A program made the position numbers and the translations under genes. Below, piece by piece: positions 38,649 to 52,693 of a stretch of DNA of 64,000 nucleotides. This DNA comes from Eledone cirrhosa. Taxonomy: Eukaryota. The stretch's first letter is position 1, and the number at the start of each line of letters is the position of its first letter. The notes beneath the pieces were generated by a model that worked only from the letters and a program-made list of their open reading frames with translations, made no database searches and had not been told where the DNA came from. The DNA is taken from NCBI GenBank assembly GCA_964016885.1, contig OZ024747.1:80476001-80540000 (forward strand). Direction: 5' to 3'.

Positions 38649-39845
38649 GGGTATAAATCGAAGTTGTAGCCGCAGTATAGCAGATACCAATGGAATTGTT
38701 TGCGGCAGTCACAAAGTACTCGATGGTGTGAAAAGTTAATACATTTTCATACAGAGCAAACACTAAAAGTTAATATAGTGTGACACAAAATTAAAGCGAT
38801 CAAATGCATGTGGCCATAATAACACACCATCATCGATATATATAAACTGGTTGAATATTAAGATGGGCCATCTCGAATAGACATGAATCGATAAAAATCG
38901 ATAAAAATCTTTGATAGGTTTCTGTGAATCAGGGAAGGTACATCACTGGTTGCATAATGTATATGTAAGTCATAAATACATCTATTGGTAGAACAGGAAT
39001 ATCTCTTCATCCGCAGGTTTTCGTTCCAGAGTATCCAACTTAGTCCAGTCGCTAGAAGACAGCAGGGCATTCTACGGTAGTAGTAAATTCACCAGTGTCA
39101 TCACGTGACTAGGCTGCTGCCGTTTTTTGTCTTTGGGTTTGATCATTGCATACTATAACAATTTGGCGCATTCTCGGTATTAAGCATGTATCCTATACAC
39201 TTTACTTGTGATCCATCCATTGGCGATCTTTACTGTGTTCCTTTTAAATATAACTTTGAATTAAACCACTTCATTTTCATTCTTTAGTATCTTTGGTTAA
39301 TTCTGCGGCACACACAATATTTGTGTGTGAAAGAACACAAATAGAAAATTAGACATGTGGCAATCTGCACCAGCAATTCTAATTCCTGACCTAATTGCAC
39401 GCTATTTGTAAAGCCTTTTAAAATAGGCAGTAGAAAAATATTTAAGAAATATTACTATTTCTCAGGCACTGAATGGAATTCCATAAATGTAAAGTATATA
39501 ATTTTATATGCAAAAAGGGAATTTGCTCACTGCATAACAATTGCTATATTTGTCAGACAAATATGTTTCCAAACAAACTTGATAACGCAGATTTAAATCA
39601 ATAAATACATTTATACACTTTCTTGTTAAAACATTAAAATTAACCCCATTTACCAATTCCATTCTGAAGAAGGCTACAGTCATCCACTAATGTCGCATCT
39701 TTTTTTATCTTCACAAAATTAACTATAATCGTTTTAGTAGAAAATACTGAAACAAATATTTATCGATTAAACATGAATCGCTTTTTATGAATATGTAAAG
39801 ATTTACTTCATAATGAATACACAATTCGCAAAAACAATAATAATA

Positions 39846-40353
39846 ATCGTTTTTAATTTAGGCACGAGGCCAGCAATTTGAGGAGAGGGGAAAGTCGATT
39901 AAATCGAACCCAGTGCATTACTGGTGCGGCGGCCAGCAGGTGGAACCCCATTTGCTCACTATACAGAGAGATGGGAGGGCGAGAGAGATGGAGGCGATGA
40001 TGGTTGGGGTTTGGCTCTTCCCGTGTACAATGCGCCCTTCCAATATTATTAACTACTTTTTATTAACAGTTAAATTTTCCTTGAAACAGCACCCTCGCAC
40101 CATACATATCACCATCACCATTGTCAAATCAAACGAGTGGTTGCCTCAATCTTCTAGAAATAACAGCCATTTGATATCCTGTTTAGCCATTTTCTATCCA
40201 CTGCTGGAATAATCCTTCACTGGTACATTATTTTATCGACCCCGTAAGGATAAAAAGCATAGCTAACCTTGGCAGGATTCCATCTCAGAACGTAAAGGGC
40301 CGCAATTCTGTGCCACAACGCATATTGTCTGACACTCTACCGACTCTGCCAAA
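39846..40353 (-). mobile_element. SINE interrupted by a 293-bp insertion (39926-40218)
   Basis: SINE halves rejoin at duplicated ACTGGT (39920-39925 / 40219-40224); the insert begins with CRE-like 3' sequence. Confidence 0.75.
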
Positions 40354-40995
40354 AATAATAATAGTAATCGCTCAATTTTGGTCAATAGCACATAATAACA
40401 TCATGATAATTCCAGTTGTCTTTGGAGAGATTAATCTAACGTAAATATCTACCATATTTCCCGGCACCAAAGACACTACGTCCTCGAGGACGCACCCTAA
40501 TTTTGACTACCAAAAATTTAAAATAAATAATAAACAACCTTCAGCCTCCAGGACACAGGGTAGATTTTTGAGAATCGAATCAAAAATCTAATTTAATCTA
40601 TTGCTCTTGCTCGATGTGTCTGGGGGCATCCCAGTTGGAAACCCAGAGGTGTCATCGTGCCTAGAGCTGACTAGGTTCACCAGTGTGCTCTGGCTGTCTT
40701 CTGGCAGTTCCCCTGGAGACCTTCTTTAATCTGGAGATCTTCATTAATCACTTGAAAGTGTTTACTGTGCTGCGAGTAGACACAGACATCATCTCGACAC
40801 AATCTCGTCCAATCTTTTCAATCAGCAGAACATTCAGCATGTAACAACTGGAACAGGAAAGGTAAAAGACGGTGAATCGGCGTTGGGTTGGGACTTCCGT
40901 TACCAAGCCGGAAATGATAAAAATATAAAGTGGGCTGAGTGAAGAGGTCCGCAATAAATATTTAATGCTCTACGTTTCTTGCCAAATCAACTTCC

Positions 40996-41018
40996 CTACC
41001 ACTACTACTACTACTACA

Positions 41019-41062
<44 letters not shown>

Positions 41063-41064
41063 CA

Positions 41065-41095
<31 letters not shown>

Positions 41096-41101
41096 CACTA
41101 C
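40996..41101. repeat. (CTA)n microsatellite
   Basis: Direct run. Confidence 0.95.
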
Positions 41102-41159
41102 TTCATAATATTAATGAGAAGAATAAGAATAATGATAGTAACAGTAAGTATTAAATGAA

Positions 41160-41362
41160 TTAGTATAAGGCCACAAATGTTGGAGATAGCAGAGATGTAA
41201 TCGATTTTATCGATCACTTGCTGTAATTAACTGGTACTTATTTTATCGACAGCGGAAGGATGAAAGGAGAAGTCAGCATCAGTAGATTTGAACTGAGAAC
41301 GTAAAGAGATGTGACTAAATACCTCAAGGCAATTTGTCTGACACTCGAGTGATTCTGCCATC
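41160..41362 (-). mobile_element. SINE, diverged
   Basis: CTGGTACTTATTTTATCGAC..GGATGAAAGG..GATTTGAACT..GATTCTGCCA is the reverse complement of the SINE. Confidence 0.75.
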
Positions 41363-41966
41363 CATATTCACAACAATAACAATAATAATTTGTTTTAATG
41401 CGTCTGTTATGAGATATAAAACTGTCTTTATGAATCTAAATCGCTGAGTTAATATCTCTGGGAAATTTCCTTTGCATATTATACCATAATATCGTCTGAT
41501 TTAAAATTCCAATGAATATTATGTAGAGATATCAGAGCAGAACAACATCAAACGTTGGTGGGTAATGTCACGAGTGATTTCTCGTCCAATCTTCTATCCC
41601 TACATATAATAAGGTTAAGATAGGTATACGTCCATAGAATGATGTTTGTTTCAAGCAATATTATCCACCATAGTTCGAAGAATGTAAAATTATAGGATGA
41701 TGTGAATGAAGTAGACGATGAAGACAATGACGACGAAGTGGAACTTGGCGATGAAGAAGAGGAAGAAAACGACGAAGATGAATGTAAAGAACCATTTATG
41801 AACATCACGATATAATGATACTGAAGAAATGTGGGGGAGGTCGTATGAGGAGTTGGAAAAGAAAGGAAATAATGGTGGGGATTGAAAGAAGAAAAATATG
41901 GAGAATTAGAAGTAAAGAGAATAGGAAGAAAAAAAGATGAAAAAGGTGAAGCAAACTATGTAACAA

Positions 41967-42171
41967 AGTAGTAGTAGTGGTAATAGTAGTAGTAGTAGTG
42001 TTGGTAGTAGTAGTAGTAGTAGTAGTAGTAGCAGCAGTAGTAGTAGTAGTAGTTTTACTAGTAGTAGTATTAGTAGTAGTAGTAGTAGTTGTAGTAGTAG
42101 TAGTAGTAGTTGTAGTAGTATTAGTGGTAGTAGTAATAGTAGGTGCTGTAGTAGCAGTAGTAGTTTTAGTT

Positions 42172-42202
<31 letters not shown>

Positions 42203-42277
42203 TAATAGTAGTAGTAGTAGTAGTAATAGTAGTAGTAGTAGTAGTAGTAGTAGTGTTATTATTATTATTATTATTAT

Positions 42278-42347
<70 letters not shown>

Positions 42348-42353
42348 TGTTGT
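41967..42353. repeat. (TAG)n/(TTA)n compound microsatellite
   Basis: Direct run; poly-T/poly-V ORFs are artefacts. Confidence 0.96.
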
Positions 42354-42649
42354 AGAAGAAAACCAAAGTGGAGGAAGGCGGAGGCGGAGAAAAAACTGAA
42401 AAAGTATTGACGAAGGAGAATCAGATGGAGAAGATTTCATCAAGGAAAGATAAGTCCTAGAAAGCCCCAGAAAACCCCAGAAAGCCCTAGAAAACCCCAG
42501 AAAGCCCTAGAAGATTGTCAAATTGGAACAAGAAAAAAAGAGACCCGGAGGAAATGGGAGAAAGTGGAAAAAAAAAATTAAAGACAACAAAGAAGAGATA
42601 AGAAGATAAAAAATGACATAATCATGTTTACTTAAAACTCATAATTTGT

Positions 42650-42900
42650 CTTGCTGAGGAGGGCAAACTCATCAAATACCGATCGCTCTCTGTCAGGTTT
42701 GCGGTTGTACCCTTGGCAGTGGAGACTTCTGGTGTCCTCGGCCCTAGGGCTACCTCCTTACTCACCACCATAGGCGCTGATCTTGCCAGCCACAGGTGTG
42801 AGCCCCGCGAGCTGGAATGGCTTTCCCAGCGCTTCTCCCTCGCCGTCCTGCGGGGAAACGCCTTCTCTATTCTGTCCGCCGGGGTTGTGGGGAGCCCACC
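42650..42900 (+). mobile_element. CRE-like non-LTR retrotransposon RLE C-terminal fragment
   Basis: AEEGKLIKYRSLSVRFAVVPLAVETSGVLGPRATSLL..RELEWLSQRFSLAVLRGNAFSILSA. Confidence 0.8.
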
Positions 42901-43461
42901 AATGAGATTGACTGACTTGTCATTTTCTCAGTCAGGCAAGGTTAGATTGTACATCATTTGTCTTGCTTTATTCTTATAAGGTATAAGAATAATCCAAGAC
43001 ATATTAATGTCAAGTTTCAAAACAATGCTCTACTGATCGGGCGTTCATTTTAACATCTGATCTAATTACATGGAGTAAAATATAGTATCATGATTTCCTT
43101 ATCTATTTTCGCGGATATTTGGAGACCATAGGTGATCTTAGTCCTAGTTTGTTTTAACTTTGAACTCTGCTTGTCCACGATGTTTACGTTCAATTATTGC
43201 TCGGCAGGATGATCAATGAGATCAGTCTTGACATGGGATTATATATGTATAATATATCACTAAATGGCATGTCCAGAAATATATTAGGCCAGTGCAGTGG
43301 AAGGGAATTTACGACTCGAGCTTGATAGTTTAATATTAAAATCACTCGGGCATACCCACGTTTTATGTTGAAGGCATACATGACAAATTGTATCAACATT
43401 AAATGTTCGTCTCATCTTCCAAGAAGGTTATCTCTTTGTCTACAATGCCTTCTACAGTATA

Positions 43462-43517
<56 letters not shown>

Positions 43518-43518
<1 letters not shown>

Positions 43519-44189
43519 CGGCGATGAATTAGTTTAGCGAGGTTTTTATATGAAATCGTGTGTCGAAACAGATATTGTTATACTTGGGGAGGGTCATATT
43601 TGCGTAATATTGCCAGAATTAATAACAGAACACACTCACTGTTTGGTTGGTTTTCGCTTCTCGCTGTCTTTTATATCTGCGATCTAACTTACTCGGTCCT
43701 CAATGTTGCCATTGACTGACCGACGGTCAAAAATAATACAGATACAATATAGACACAAACATATATATAGTTTACATAATTTACATAAATCTTTCGTTGC
43801 ACATCTGCAACATCGTCAGTGGTGTTATATACTTTGTTCCTCCTGTTGTGTTGTATGTCTACGCCATTTTTTATTCTGTCTGTCTATATATTTATTTATT
43901 TATTTGCTTGTTTGTTTATCTTATTTTATTTTATTTTATTTACTTATTTATACTTCTCTTAGGTCAGTGTTGTTTGTTTGGGTGTTGTTGTTGTTCCACT
44001 CATTCTTTCTATATTGTATCTGTATTATTTTTGACCGTCGGTCAGTCAATGGCAACATTGAGGACCGAGTAAGTTAGATCGCAGATATAAAAGACAGCGA
44101 GAAGCGAAAACCAACCAAACAGTGAGTGTGTTCTGTTATTAATTCTGGCAATATTACGCAAATATGACCCTCCCCAAGTATAACAATAT
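43518..44189. mobile_element. (TA)n-inserted inverted-arm element, 182-bp arms (family E)
   Basis: Arms 43572-43753 and 44008-44189, tail 43518-43571; no hammerhead recognised. Confidence 0.85.
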
Positions 44190-44196
44190 ATATATA

Positions 44197-44353
44197 TATA
44201 AGGAAAAAAGATGAAATCGAAAATGCAAATGAAGTCTCTTTTTAAAAAAAGACTCCAGTTGCATTTTCGATTTCCTCTTTTTTCCTTATACTTTCACTCG
44301 TGTAGTACACCTCGTTTATTTTTTATTTTGTAAAAAAAACCTCACTTTCTAAT
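44197..44353. mobile_element. Family F short palindrome plus tail
   Basis: Imperfect palindrome 44197-44291; homologous to 58495-59040. Confidence 0.75.
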
Positions 44354-46776
44354 ATATATATATATATTGCTGCATAAATTAGTAGTTGTTAAATCGATCA
44401 ATTCTTCTGTGAATTATTTAAGGACTGCCCCTAGTAAAATACGCACTCCCACGCGCACACACATGCACATAAGCACACATACACACACACACCTATATAC
44501 ACATATGAATAAAATAGCGAGACTTGCTAGAGATAACAAAAAATCTCTCCTTCAAACTGCATCTTGGTTTAAAAAATAAAAGATATATTATATAAGGTAA
44601 TCCTATTGGCAGCATGCTGATAAAGTAAATGATAAAATGATCACCACTAGAACGTCTTTGAACACACGATATTTAGTTCAGGGCTCACCTTGGGCTAAAC
44701 TACAACGCTTACGCTCACTTAAAACTCTGTCACGTCGTCTCTATTTGATCTACCTACCAAGGAATATGTTTCGTGTATTTATATGTGAATGCATATATTT
44801 CTTCTAGTACTGCATGTGTTTATATGAACTTTCACCATTGCAACATATCTAATTTAGCTACACGTGATAAGGAAAATTGGACTAGGTACTTTAAGGTAGT
44901 TTAAATTCACTGTCCTCTGCTTTTACGTTAATAATTCTCCAATGTCAATTTAAACTTCCAATTCACTTCGTTCCATCAACCAGCGATAATGTAATTTTAT
45001 TTTGCTAACTATTGTGATAGAAACATTCTTCACTACTATCATTGCATTCATTACATTTACCTACACGTGGGAACCATTCCTCTTGTTTAGCTTCATGTAG
45101 TTTTTCTCTTTTATGATGTTGTTCTATTACAAGAGATTGCAATAATGGAGTGTATAAACTGTATAGAGAAAGAATCGTGCGTTTACTGCTGCGTTTTAGC
45201 ACGAGAATCATATCGAACTCTATCTGTTTCCTTGGTTCAGAATAGTAGGAAAAGAGGAAATAATTCACGGATAGAGTAGTGTGTGATGTACCCAATGGAT
45301 GGTCGTCGTTTTCAAAGACATTCAGTATTCAGAATTAAAGCAGATTTTCTACATACTATTCTCCCGGTTTGCAGGTAAGTAGCGAAAATTCAGAAACGAG
45401 TAATATGGGTTCATAATGAAAACACACACACACACGAATAAAGAGAAAGAAAATTAGAAGAAAAGGGAGAGGAGGAGAAGGAACGAAACCCAGTTGTAGA
45501 TATTTAGTCGAATTTTGAACATGCCTTTGTAAGCTGAAGCACATTATCATTACTAATAATAAGAAATATATCTTAGATTCCTGTTAAATGGAAGCAAATT
45601 TAACACTAATGTATTCCGATGTGAATATGATGCATTCCGCTAAATAAGGCCGCGCTATGTTCCTACATGAAATAGTAATGAGTGATTATATTGATTTACG
45701 TACATAAACACTCGAAAAAAAATCTTATTATCACGTTTGGTACATGGTAGGCAAATTTGTTTCTTACTGGTGGTCTTTTTTTCCTTCTCAGCTTTTACGT
45801 CTTCTGTATTTTTTCCGACTTCTGTTGCCAGAATAACAAGCGTGTATTTGATTTTTACTAAAGTGATGGCAAATTTCATCCATTCGTCTTCGTCTTAGCT
45901 CTTTTTATCAATTTATATTATTGTGTTACAATACTTGTTTTTGAGAATTCAGAACATAAGTGGTAAGGGGTCCACTTCACTATAGTCAGACTACTTTGAA
46001 TTACAGCGATTACACGTGAGAAAAGAGGTACAGGTACTTATTAAATAACGATTGGTTACTTTGGAAACACGCCATAAATCTTCAGGAAGACTGAACTAAC
46101 CTCAGTACATTATAGTATTTATTTTAACGACATGAAAAGCATAGGCGTGTGTGATATTAAATTAGAATATAAAGCAATGTTACAACATTCCACAAATTGT
46201 GTATTCCATCGTCTCAGTTAATCCACTGTATTTAAATGAATGCATGAACCTGAAGATATTTTATAAATCTAAGCGAGGTTATATAATACAAATTGGCTTA
46301 GAATAGAATGCAGCGGAAGTTAGATGAATTTAGCATATTGTTTCGGTGCACGCACAGGTACACGCATACATATGCACACAATATTTATCACGTGTCCTAT
46401 GAGAACGAATAATTGCGAATAAAACACATTTGGTTGTATAAGACTGAGCGGTAGATTTCGTCGTGAATTAATAATGAGAAGTTAGTTCTATTGAATTCCG
46501 AGTATAAACAACTGGAGAGAAATCTTATTATAAGAGACAGTCAGTATCTGATAGGCAAATCAGTACTGTAGTGATTATCATTCTATTGAAATATGTTACA
46601 GAATGTGTTGGTGATGTAATTACATATGCACCCTTGTCCTTTTAATATTGATATTATATATATGTATATGAATATGTATGTATGTATGGATGTATGGATG
46701 TATGTATGTATGTATGGATGTATGTATGTATGGATGTATGGATGTATGTATGTATGTATGTATGTATGTATGTATG

Positions 46777-49300
46777 TTCTTCTGGTTTTATAATTTCACA
46801 AAGTTTTACCAATAGAGAGAGAGTCGGTTTCTAACATAGACACAAGACTCTCTCATTGGAATTTACACAACATCAACTAGGTAGATATGTATGTATGCAT
46901 GCATGTGTAGATATGGATGTTATTGTATGTGTGGATGTGTATGTTTTGAGTTGTATGTGTGCATGTGTATATGCTTTGTATCTGTACATGTGTATATGCA
47001 GTTATTAGATGCAACATTTTTGGAATGTTTTACATATTTTTACTGTTCCATTAATGGATTGTACTTGTAATTTCCTAACTAGTTGTGTTCTTTCTGTTCC
47101 TGTGAAGCCTAGCTTCTTAAGATTTGTATTGAGGCAGTTACTAACTTACCCCAGTGCCCAAATAATCACAGGCATAAATCTGAAGGTGTAATCAGGGTGG
47201 AGTATCTGCAGATTTCTCATCAGTTCTGCATAAATATTCTCCTTTTCACTAATCTTTCAATATTATATTGGCATCTGCTGGGCAGCTAATTTCCACTACT
47301 GTGCATGTTTTCTTCTCCCTGTCCCATATCATAATATCTGGTCTGTTATGCCTGCATTTTATTGGGGTTTTTACTGGAACATTCCACCAGTACTCTTTCA
47401 TATTATGTACATGGATGTCTTCCACATTGTTGTAGCTTTTAATGTGTTTATTATCGGGGCTATCGTTTTTACGAACTGCACTGTACAGTGTTTTGGCCAC
47501 TACATCTGGCCTCATATGTAGATAGTACCGCGATGACATCTTTGGGCAGTTGCTGATGATATGGGTGATATCCTCGATGTTAATTCTGCAGAGTCTGCAC
47601 TTGTTATCACATCTTGGTGTTATGCCTGCATCCCTATCTCTTTTGTGAATCAGGTATTTCGTGCTAATCTCCTGTTCTTGGATTGCAAAAGCGTATCCTT
47701 CAAAGTGTGAGCCAATATAGCGGTTGTTGGTCCAAGGTAGACTACTTTCCTTATCTATATTACTCTCACTCTGGAGCTTCCTGGCAATATATCCATGCAT
47801 GATTTTTTGCTGATAGGCATGCAGCTTTTCATCCATGGATTCACTGCGTACTGCTGAGCGACATCCCTGGGTGTGAGTTTTTGATTATCACACAGGGAAT
47901 ATCTGTCAAGGAGTTCCTTCCCAACTCATGCAGATAGACTTGCTCGAGAAGCGGGTTCCTACGCTTCGAGGTTCGTAGATGTTGTCGGAGAGATATGATG
48001 CAACATTCAAATGTTGTCTGGACTGATGTTAGGCCTCTGCCTCCCTGCTTACGTTTCAAGTAAAGGCGGTCTATGTCACTTTTGATGTGGAAGTTTCCGG
48101 TGTTGTTCAGTATTTTTCGAGTTCCAACATCAACTGCTCGGATTTCGTCTATCGTCCAATTGAGTATTCCAAACATTGGTGTTAGGACAGGCACAGCAAA
48201 CACATTGTGAGCCACTGTTTTGTTTTGCGCAGAGAGTTCTGATGACGAGATCTTTCTTAATCGGGTGTAGTATTCCCTGGTTATGCGTTCTTTATTACAG
48301 ATACCATTATAGGATATGTTCTCATCTATCCCCAGGTATCTGTAGCAGTCCTCATCAGATATCGGTGAAACAGTTAGACCATTGATGACAATGTTGCTAG
48401 ATTGGGTTGTTGTTTTTTCCCGCTTTACAGTCATGTATGAGCATTTATCTTGGCCAAACTCCATTCCTATATCCTTTGAGAACGTTGTAACCAGGTCAAG
48501 ATTTTTCTTTATCCCATCCATGTTCTTGGCATAGAGTTTCAGATCGTCCACAAAGAAGTTATGGGTAAGGTTCGTATTTCTGTCCTCCTGTGAGCCAATG
48601 ATGTATCCCTCACATTTCTTGAGCAGAAAGGACAAGGGGTTTAATGACAAGATGAACAATATCACAGAGAGACTGTCCCCCTGAAATATACCCTTTCAAT
48701 ATTTTATTTTATCAGTGAAAATAGAGTCCTCCCTCTCTGTCTTTAACTTTAGGATAGTAGCCCAAAAAGAAGGCAGCTTCTCTATGGCTCTGACAATAAT
48801 GTCTTGGACTTTAGCAAGTTGGAGGGCCTATATCATCCAAGAGTGGGGAACAGAATCGAAAGCTTTCTTGTAGTCCAGCCAGACTGTAGTCATATTCCTC
48901 CTAAGTTGTCGCACCTCCGACATCGCAGTTTTGTTGATTAGGAGTTGTTCAGCACATCCCCAAACTCCTTTCTTTCCAGCTGCTTGTTCATCTGTGATGA
49001 TGTTATTATTTTCACAGTGATCTTTGAGGAATAGGTTCAGGCAGGCTGTATACATCTTATACATCAGGTTCTGGCATGCAATGGGTCGGTAGTTTTATGC
49101 CAAGTGGGTGTCTTTGTTCTTGGGGACCAGTAACGTTTGTGCTAATGTCAACCATTCTAGTATAAGTGTATCTCCCTTAAGAACTTGTTGGTAGAGGTCA
49201 GTAAGATACCTCCGATAGAATATTAGTTTTTTGTACCAGTAGCCGAAAATCATGTCTCTTCCTGGTGTTTTCTTATCTTGGAGTTTTCACTTATTTCGTA
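46777..49300 (-). mobile_element. 5'-truncated R4/Dong-like non-LTR retrotransposon (RT, CCHC, RLE, 3' UTR) in a (TATG)n tract
   Basis: RPIAC..; WLDYKKAFDSVPH; FQGDSLS; FFVDDLKLY; YRYLG; CRLC..EDITHIISNC; RPDIMIWD..VVEISCP; ORF ends about 47005; frameshifts and stops; (TATG)n at 46672-46776 and 49301-49443. Confidence 0.93.
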
Positions 49301-49443
49301 GTATGTATGTATGTATGTATGTATGTATGTATGTATGTATGTATGTATGTATGTATGTATGTATGTATGTATGTATGTATGTATGTATGTATGTGTGTAT
49401 GTATGTATGTATGTATGTATGTATGTATGTATGTATGTATGTA

Positions 49444-49905
49444 TATCAAAGGGCAAAGGAGCTCTTAAGAGTCAATGGCCATCCAAAATCACCGAGAGAG
49501 ATGACCCCTTAGCCTTTGCCAAGGCAGAATTCTAGGAGAAGGAAAACTCTGATATAACACCTGCAGCTCTGATGGTATCCAATGATGTTGACTTGTTCTT
49601 CTTTTTGGTAAGTATCATCTTGGTTAAGAGAGTGGGACTGGCTTTGTGCAGTGCCTTTGCTCACTATAAAAGCTTCACGGCACAGGCATTGCTTTATATC
49701 TGGAGATCTCTCTGCACTTGTCGTCACATGGTACCATGGGCCCATCACTATGTGTCAATAATTGTCACAAGTGTAGTGTTTGTACCAGAGTTTTTAAGTC
49801 ACTGGCTGGACTAAAAGGGCACACTCGTTCAGCGCATCGGTAGGGGTTCTCCTACATGGATATAAAGTAGTGGCCGTACTCGAAAACGAGTTGGCAGCCA
49901 CCATG
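49444..49905 (-). mobile_element. Possible degenerate LINE 3' end abutting the same (TATG)n tract
   Basis: GC-richer block ending at (CATA)n on the minus strand; only weak RLE-like remnants. Confidence 0.3.
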
Positions 49906-49921
49906 TATGTGTGTATATATG

Positions 49922-49957
<36 letters not shown>

Positions 49958-49959
49958 AA

Positions 49960-50026
<67 letters not shown>

Positions 50027-50028
<2 letters not shown>

Positions 50029-50214
50029 GATATTAAACAAATGGAAACTATATTTATAAAACATATGAAATATGTATAATGAAATAAATATGGTTTTATA
50101 AATATAGTTTCCATTTGTTTAATATCGTATATCTACTCCAAAAACTTGTCGAGTGCTTTATATCAGTTATAAAATATTTACTTGTTGTAACCCAACAATT
50201 TTAAATAAAACTTT

Positions 50215-50217
<3 letters not shown>
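50027..50217 (+). mobile_element. Family A inverted-arm element (hammerhead truncated) plus tail
   Basis: Arms about 50027-50063 / 50092-50129; tail closely matches the reverse complement of 10137-10225. Confidence 0.85.
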
Positions 50218-50250
<33 letters not shown>

Positions 50251-50256
<6 letters not shown>

Positions 50257-50438
50257 TAGTTCCACAACAGTTAGTTCACCATACCGAGAACAAGTGTTTC
50301 ACATTATTCGGATCTTCAGCTCGGTCTAAACTAAATACGGTGTGGTGAACTAACTGTTGTGGAACTACTTTTACCCAACTCGTCCCATGAACTGAGTGCT
50401 CTACCAGTACGGATATTACCCACCAGTGTTCTACTATT
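50251..50438 (+). mobile_element. (TA)n-inserted inverted-arm element plus tail (another family)
   Basis: AAAAGTAGTTCCACAACAGTTAGTTCACCATACCG / CGGTGTGGTGAACTAACTGTTGTGGAACTACTTTT; tail with ACTC..GAGTGCT. Confidence 0.8.
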
Positions 50439-51450
50439 ATATATATATATATACATGCACACACACACACATGCACCCACACACACATATATATATATGT
50501 ATATGTATGTGTATGTGTGAAAGAGAGAGGCGGTTCTTTGCTTTGTTTTCTTCTGCCATATGCATTGGTTAATCCTATGCTATCATAAAACTCTCTTGCC
50601 ACAATCGCTCACAGTGGATCGAACTCAGAACCATATAGTTGTAATGTGAACTCCTTAACCATACATATATATCTTTTCCCATCTTGTTTCTGTATCTATG
50701 ACAAATTGTCTGATTCATGTGATATTTGTTTCGTCTATTAATTTGGAAGTAATCTAGAAAATGTTCTGTTGGTATATATTCCAGCATCACCATCTAGTTA
50801 TGTGAACGAACCATACTCTAATATGTGTTGCACTTTTGTCATTTAATTTGTTTCATAAGATGATTGTTGTTTTCGTTAATAATCTTGTCAAATTTGTTGA
50901 TATCGTGGTGATTATTATGTCACATAACTGTAATGGGTGTTGCTTTTGATGTAATAGTTGTCTTCGTTGTCTAGCTTTAAGCAATAGTTGGTACTGTAAT
51001 ATGTTTCTGCAATATATGTAGTTGCTGTTATTACTTCATATGAGTTACTATTTGTGATATTATAGCGAGAGTTATGCTGTTGCCAATACTGAACGTTTCA
51101 TGAACTTTAAAAACAACAAAAACAACAACAAAGAGTAAAACGAAACGAAAACAAGATATACAGAAACGATGTAAAACAGAATCAAAACACGATACCATAG
51201 GATACAAAATATAAAAGAAATACACAAGTTATATACATTGAATCACCATGTTTGAAGGCAAACAATTTCCATTGACATACTTTTCCTAGAAAAGACACAT
51301 CACATATAATCACATGTTAATACAAAATCGACTCGTCCGTTAAGATGTGTGACAAGTATAATGTTTGCAGTAACTATGTTTCTTACACATTGTGGATACT
51401 TGATCTCGGATGACATAATCTAAGTCTACATTAAACACATTCACATTTAC

Positions 51451-51529
<79 letters not shown>

Positions 51530-52459
51530 TTATACACGATGAAAAGATTGCAGAGAGAAAAAACGAGCCTTTTATCTAAATACATTATCACTTCAGCCCT
51601 GTCAGTGGAAATAAACACGGAATCTCAAATAGGGAGGATAACACAACCACTCCCCCACCCCATACCCACAGAGTTGCATATATAGGCATTGGTGTGTATC
51701 TAAGGAGGGCGTTCTTCTGCCACGTTGTTTTGGGTTCAGTGAAACCCGTTTCCTTTCTTCTTTACTCAGACTATTGATCTTAGCAAATTGATCCTATCAA
51801 AGTCTCATACAAACAAGGTTATGGATGTATGTTTGGTAGCACAGACCAATTGCAGCATTCATAATGCATAAAGGGCCTTCAAAACGGGTGGGGGGAAATA
51901 GATAAATTATCATAATACGGGTTCCTAGTTTAAATACTTGTAACCTAAATGTACTCCGCAAATGGCACCCAATACCGAGTAGGTAGTGTTACACCGGGTG
52001 CCGAATTACATCAACCGCACAAGAACTCGAATAGACTCTTGTATGAGCTTATCCCACAAGCTAAGTTTATGATAGAAAACACCTAAGTTATTACGCAATT
52101 GGCTTGAACCCAAAATCATGCGATTTGAACCCGAAAGTATGTGATTGCGAAGCAAAATTCCTAACCATTGATCGAAACTTAAATTCAAATTATCAATCAA
52201 TGATTTCTTTGTTTTGTTTTTATTAAGGAGTGTTTAAAATATCTCACTACCCCACACAGTCCTTCACCGCCAATGAATGACACATTACTGTTCATGGACG
52301 GTTCATAGATCTAGGTATCGTACCCTGATTCTCTCCCCCGTTATGTAATGACTTATAGATCTGTTCAACTGTCGCTGATCCTCGCCGTTAAGTAATGAAT
52401 CGTAGACAATATAGATCTGGATATATTATACTGGCTTTAATCGAGCTCAAAGTGATGTT

Positions 52460-52693
52460 AATTGAACTGAGCAGCTTAAAATGACGTTCATTGAACTGAG
52501 CGGTTTATAATGACGTTCATTGAACTGAGCAGCTTAAAGTGACGTTCATTTAATTGAGCGGCTTAAAATGACGTTCATTGAACTGAGCGGCTTAAAGTGA
52601 CTTTCATTGAACTGAGCGGCTTAAAGTGATACTCATTGAACTGAGCGACTTAAAGTGATGCTCATTGAACTGAGAGCTTAAAGTGACGTTCAT
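52460..52693. repeat. 29-bp minisatellite (ATTGAACTGAGCGGCTTAAAGTGACGTTC), about 8 units
   Basis: Direct tandem periodicity. Confidence 0.92.

Noticed and set aside
39017-39183. Possible further polycystin-like exon (GFRSRVSNLVQSLEDSRAFYGSSKFTSVIT*LGCC)
   Set aside because: Only a faint resemblance, an in-frame TGA and a weak donor; cannot be supported without a search
40450-40570. pogo/Tigger-like terminal fragment
   Set aside because: Only one degraded end is visible; no partner TIR found
43518-44189. Classifying the long inverted repeats as MITE or Foldback DNA transposons
   Set aside because: One-sided tails, variable arm length within families, hammerheads and fusion to a GIY-YIG fragment fit Penelope-type retro-insertion better; not excluded for hammerhead-less families such as this one
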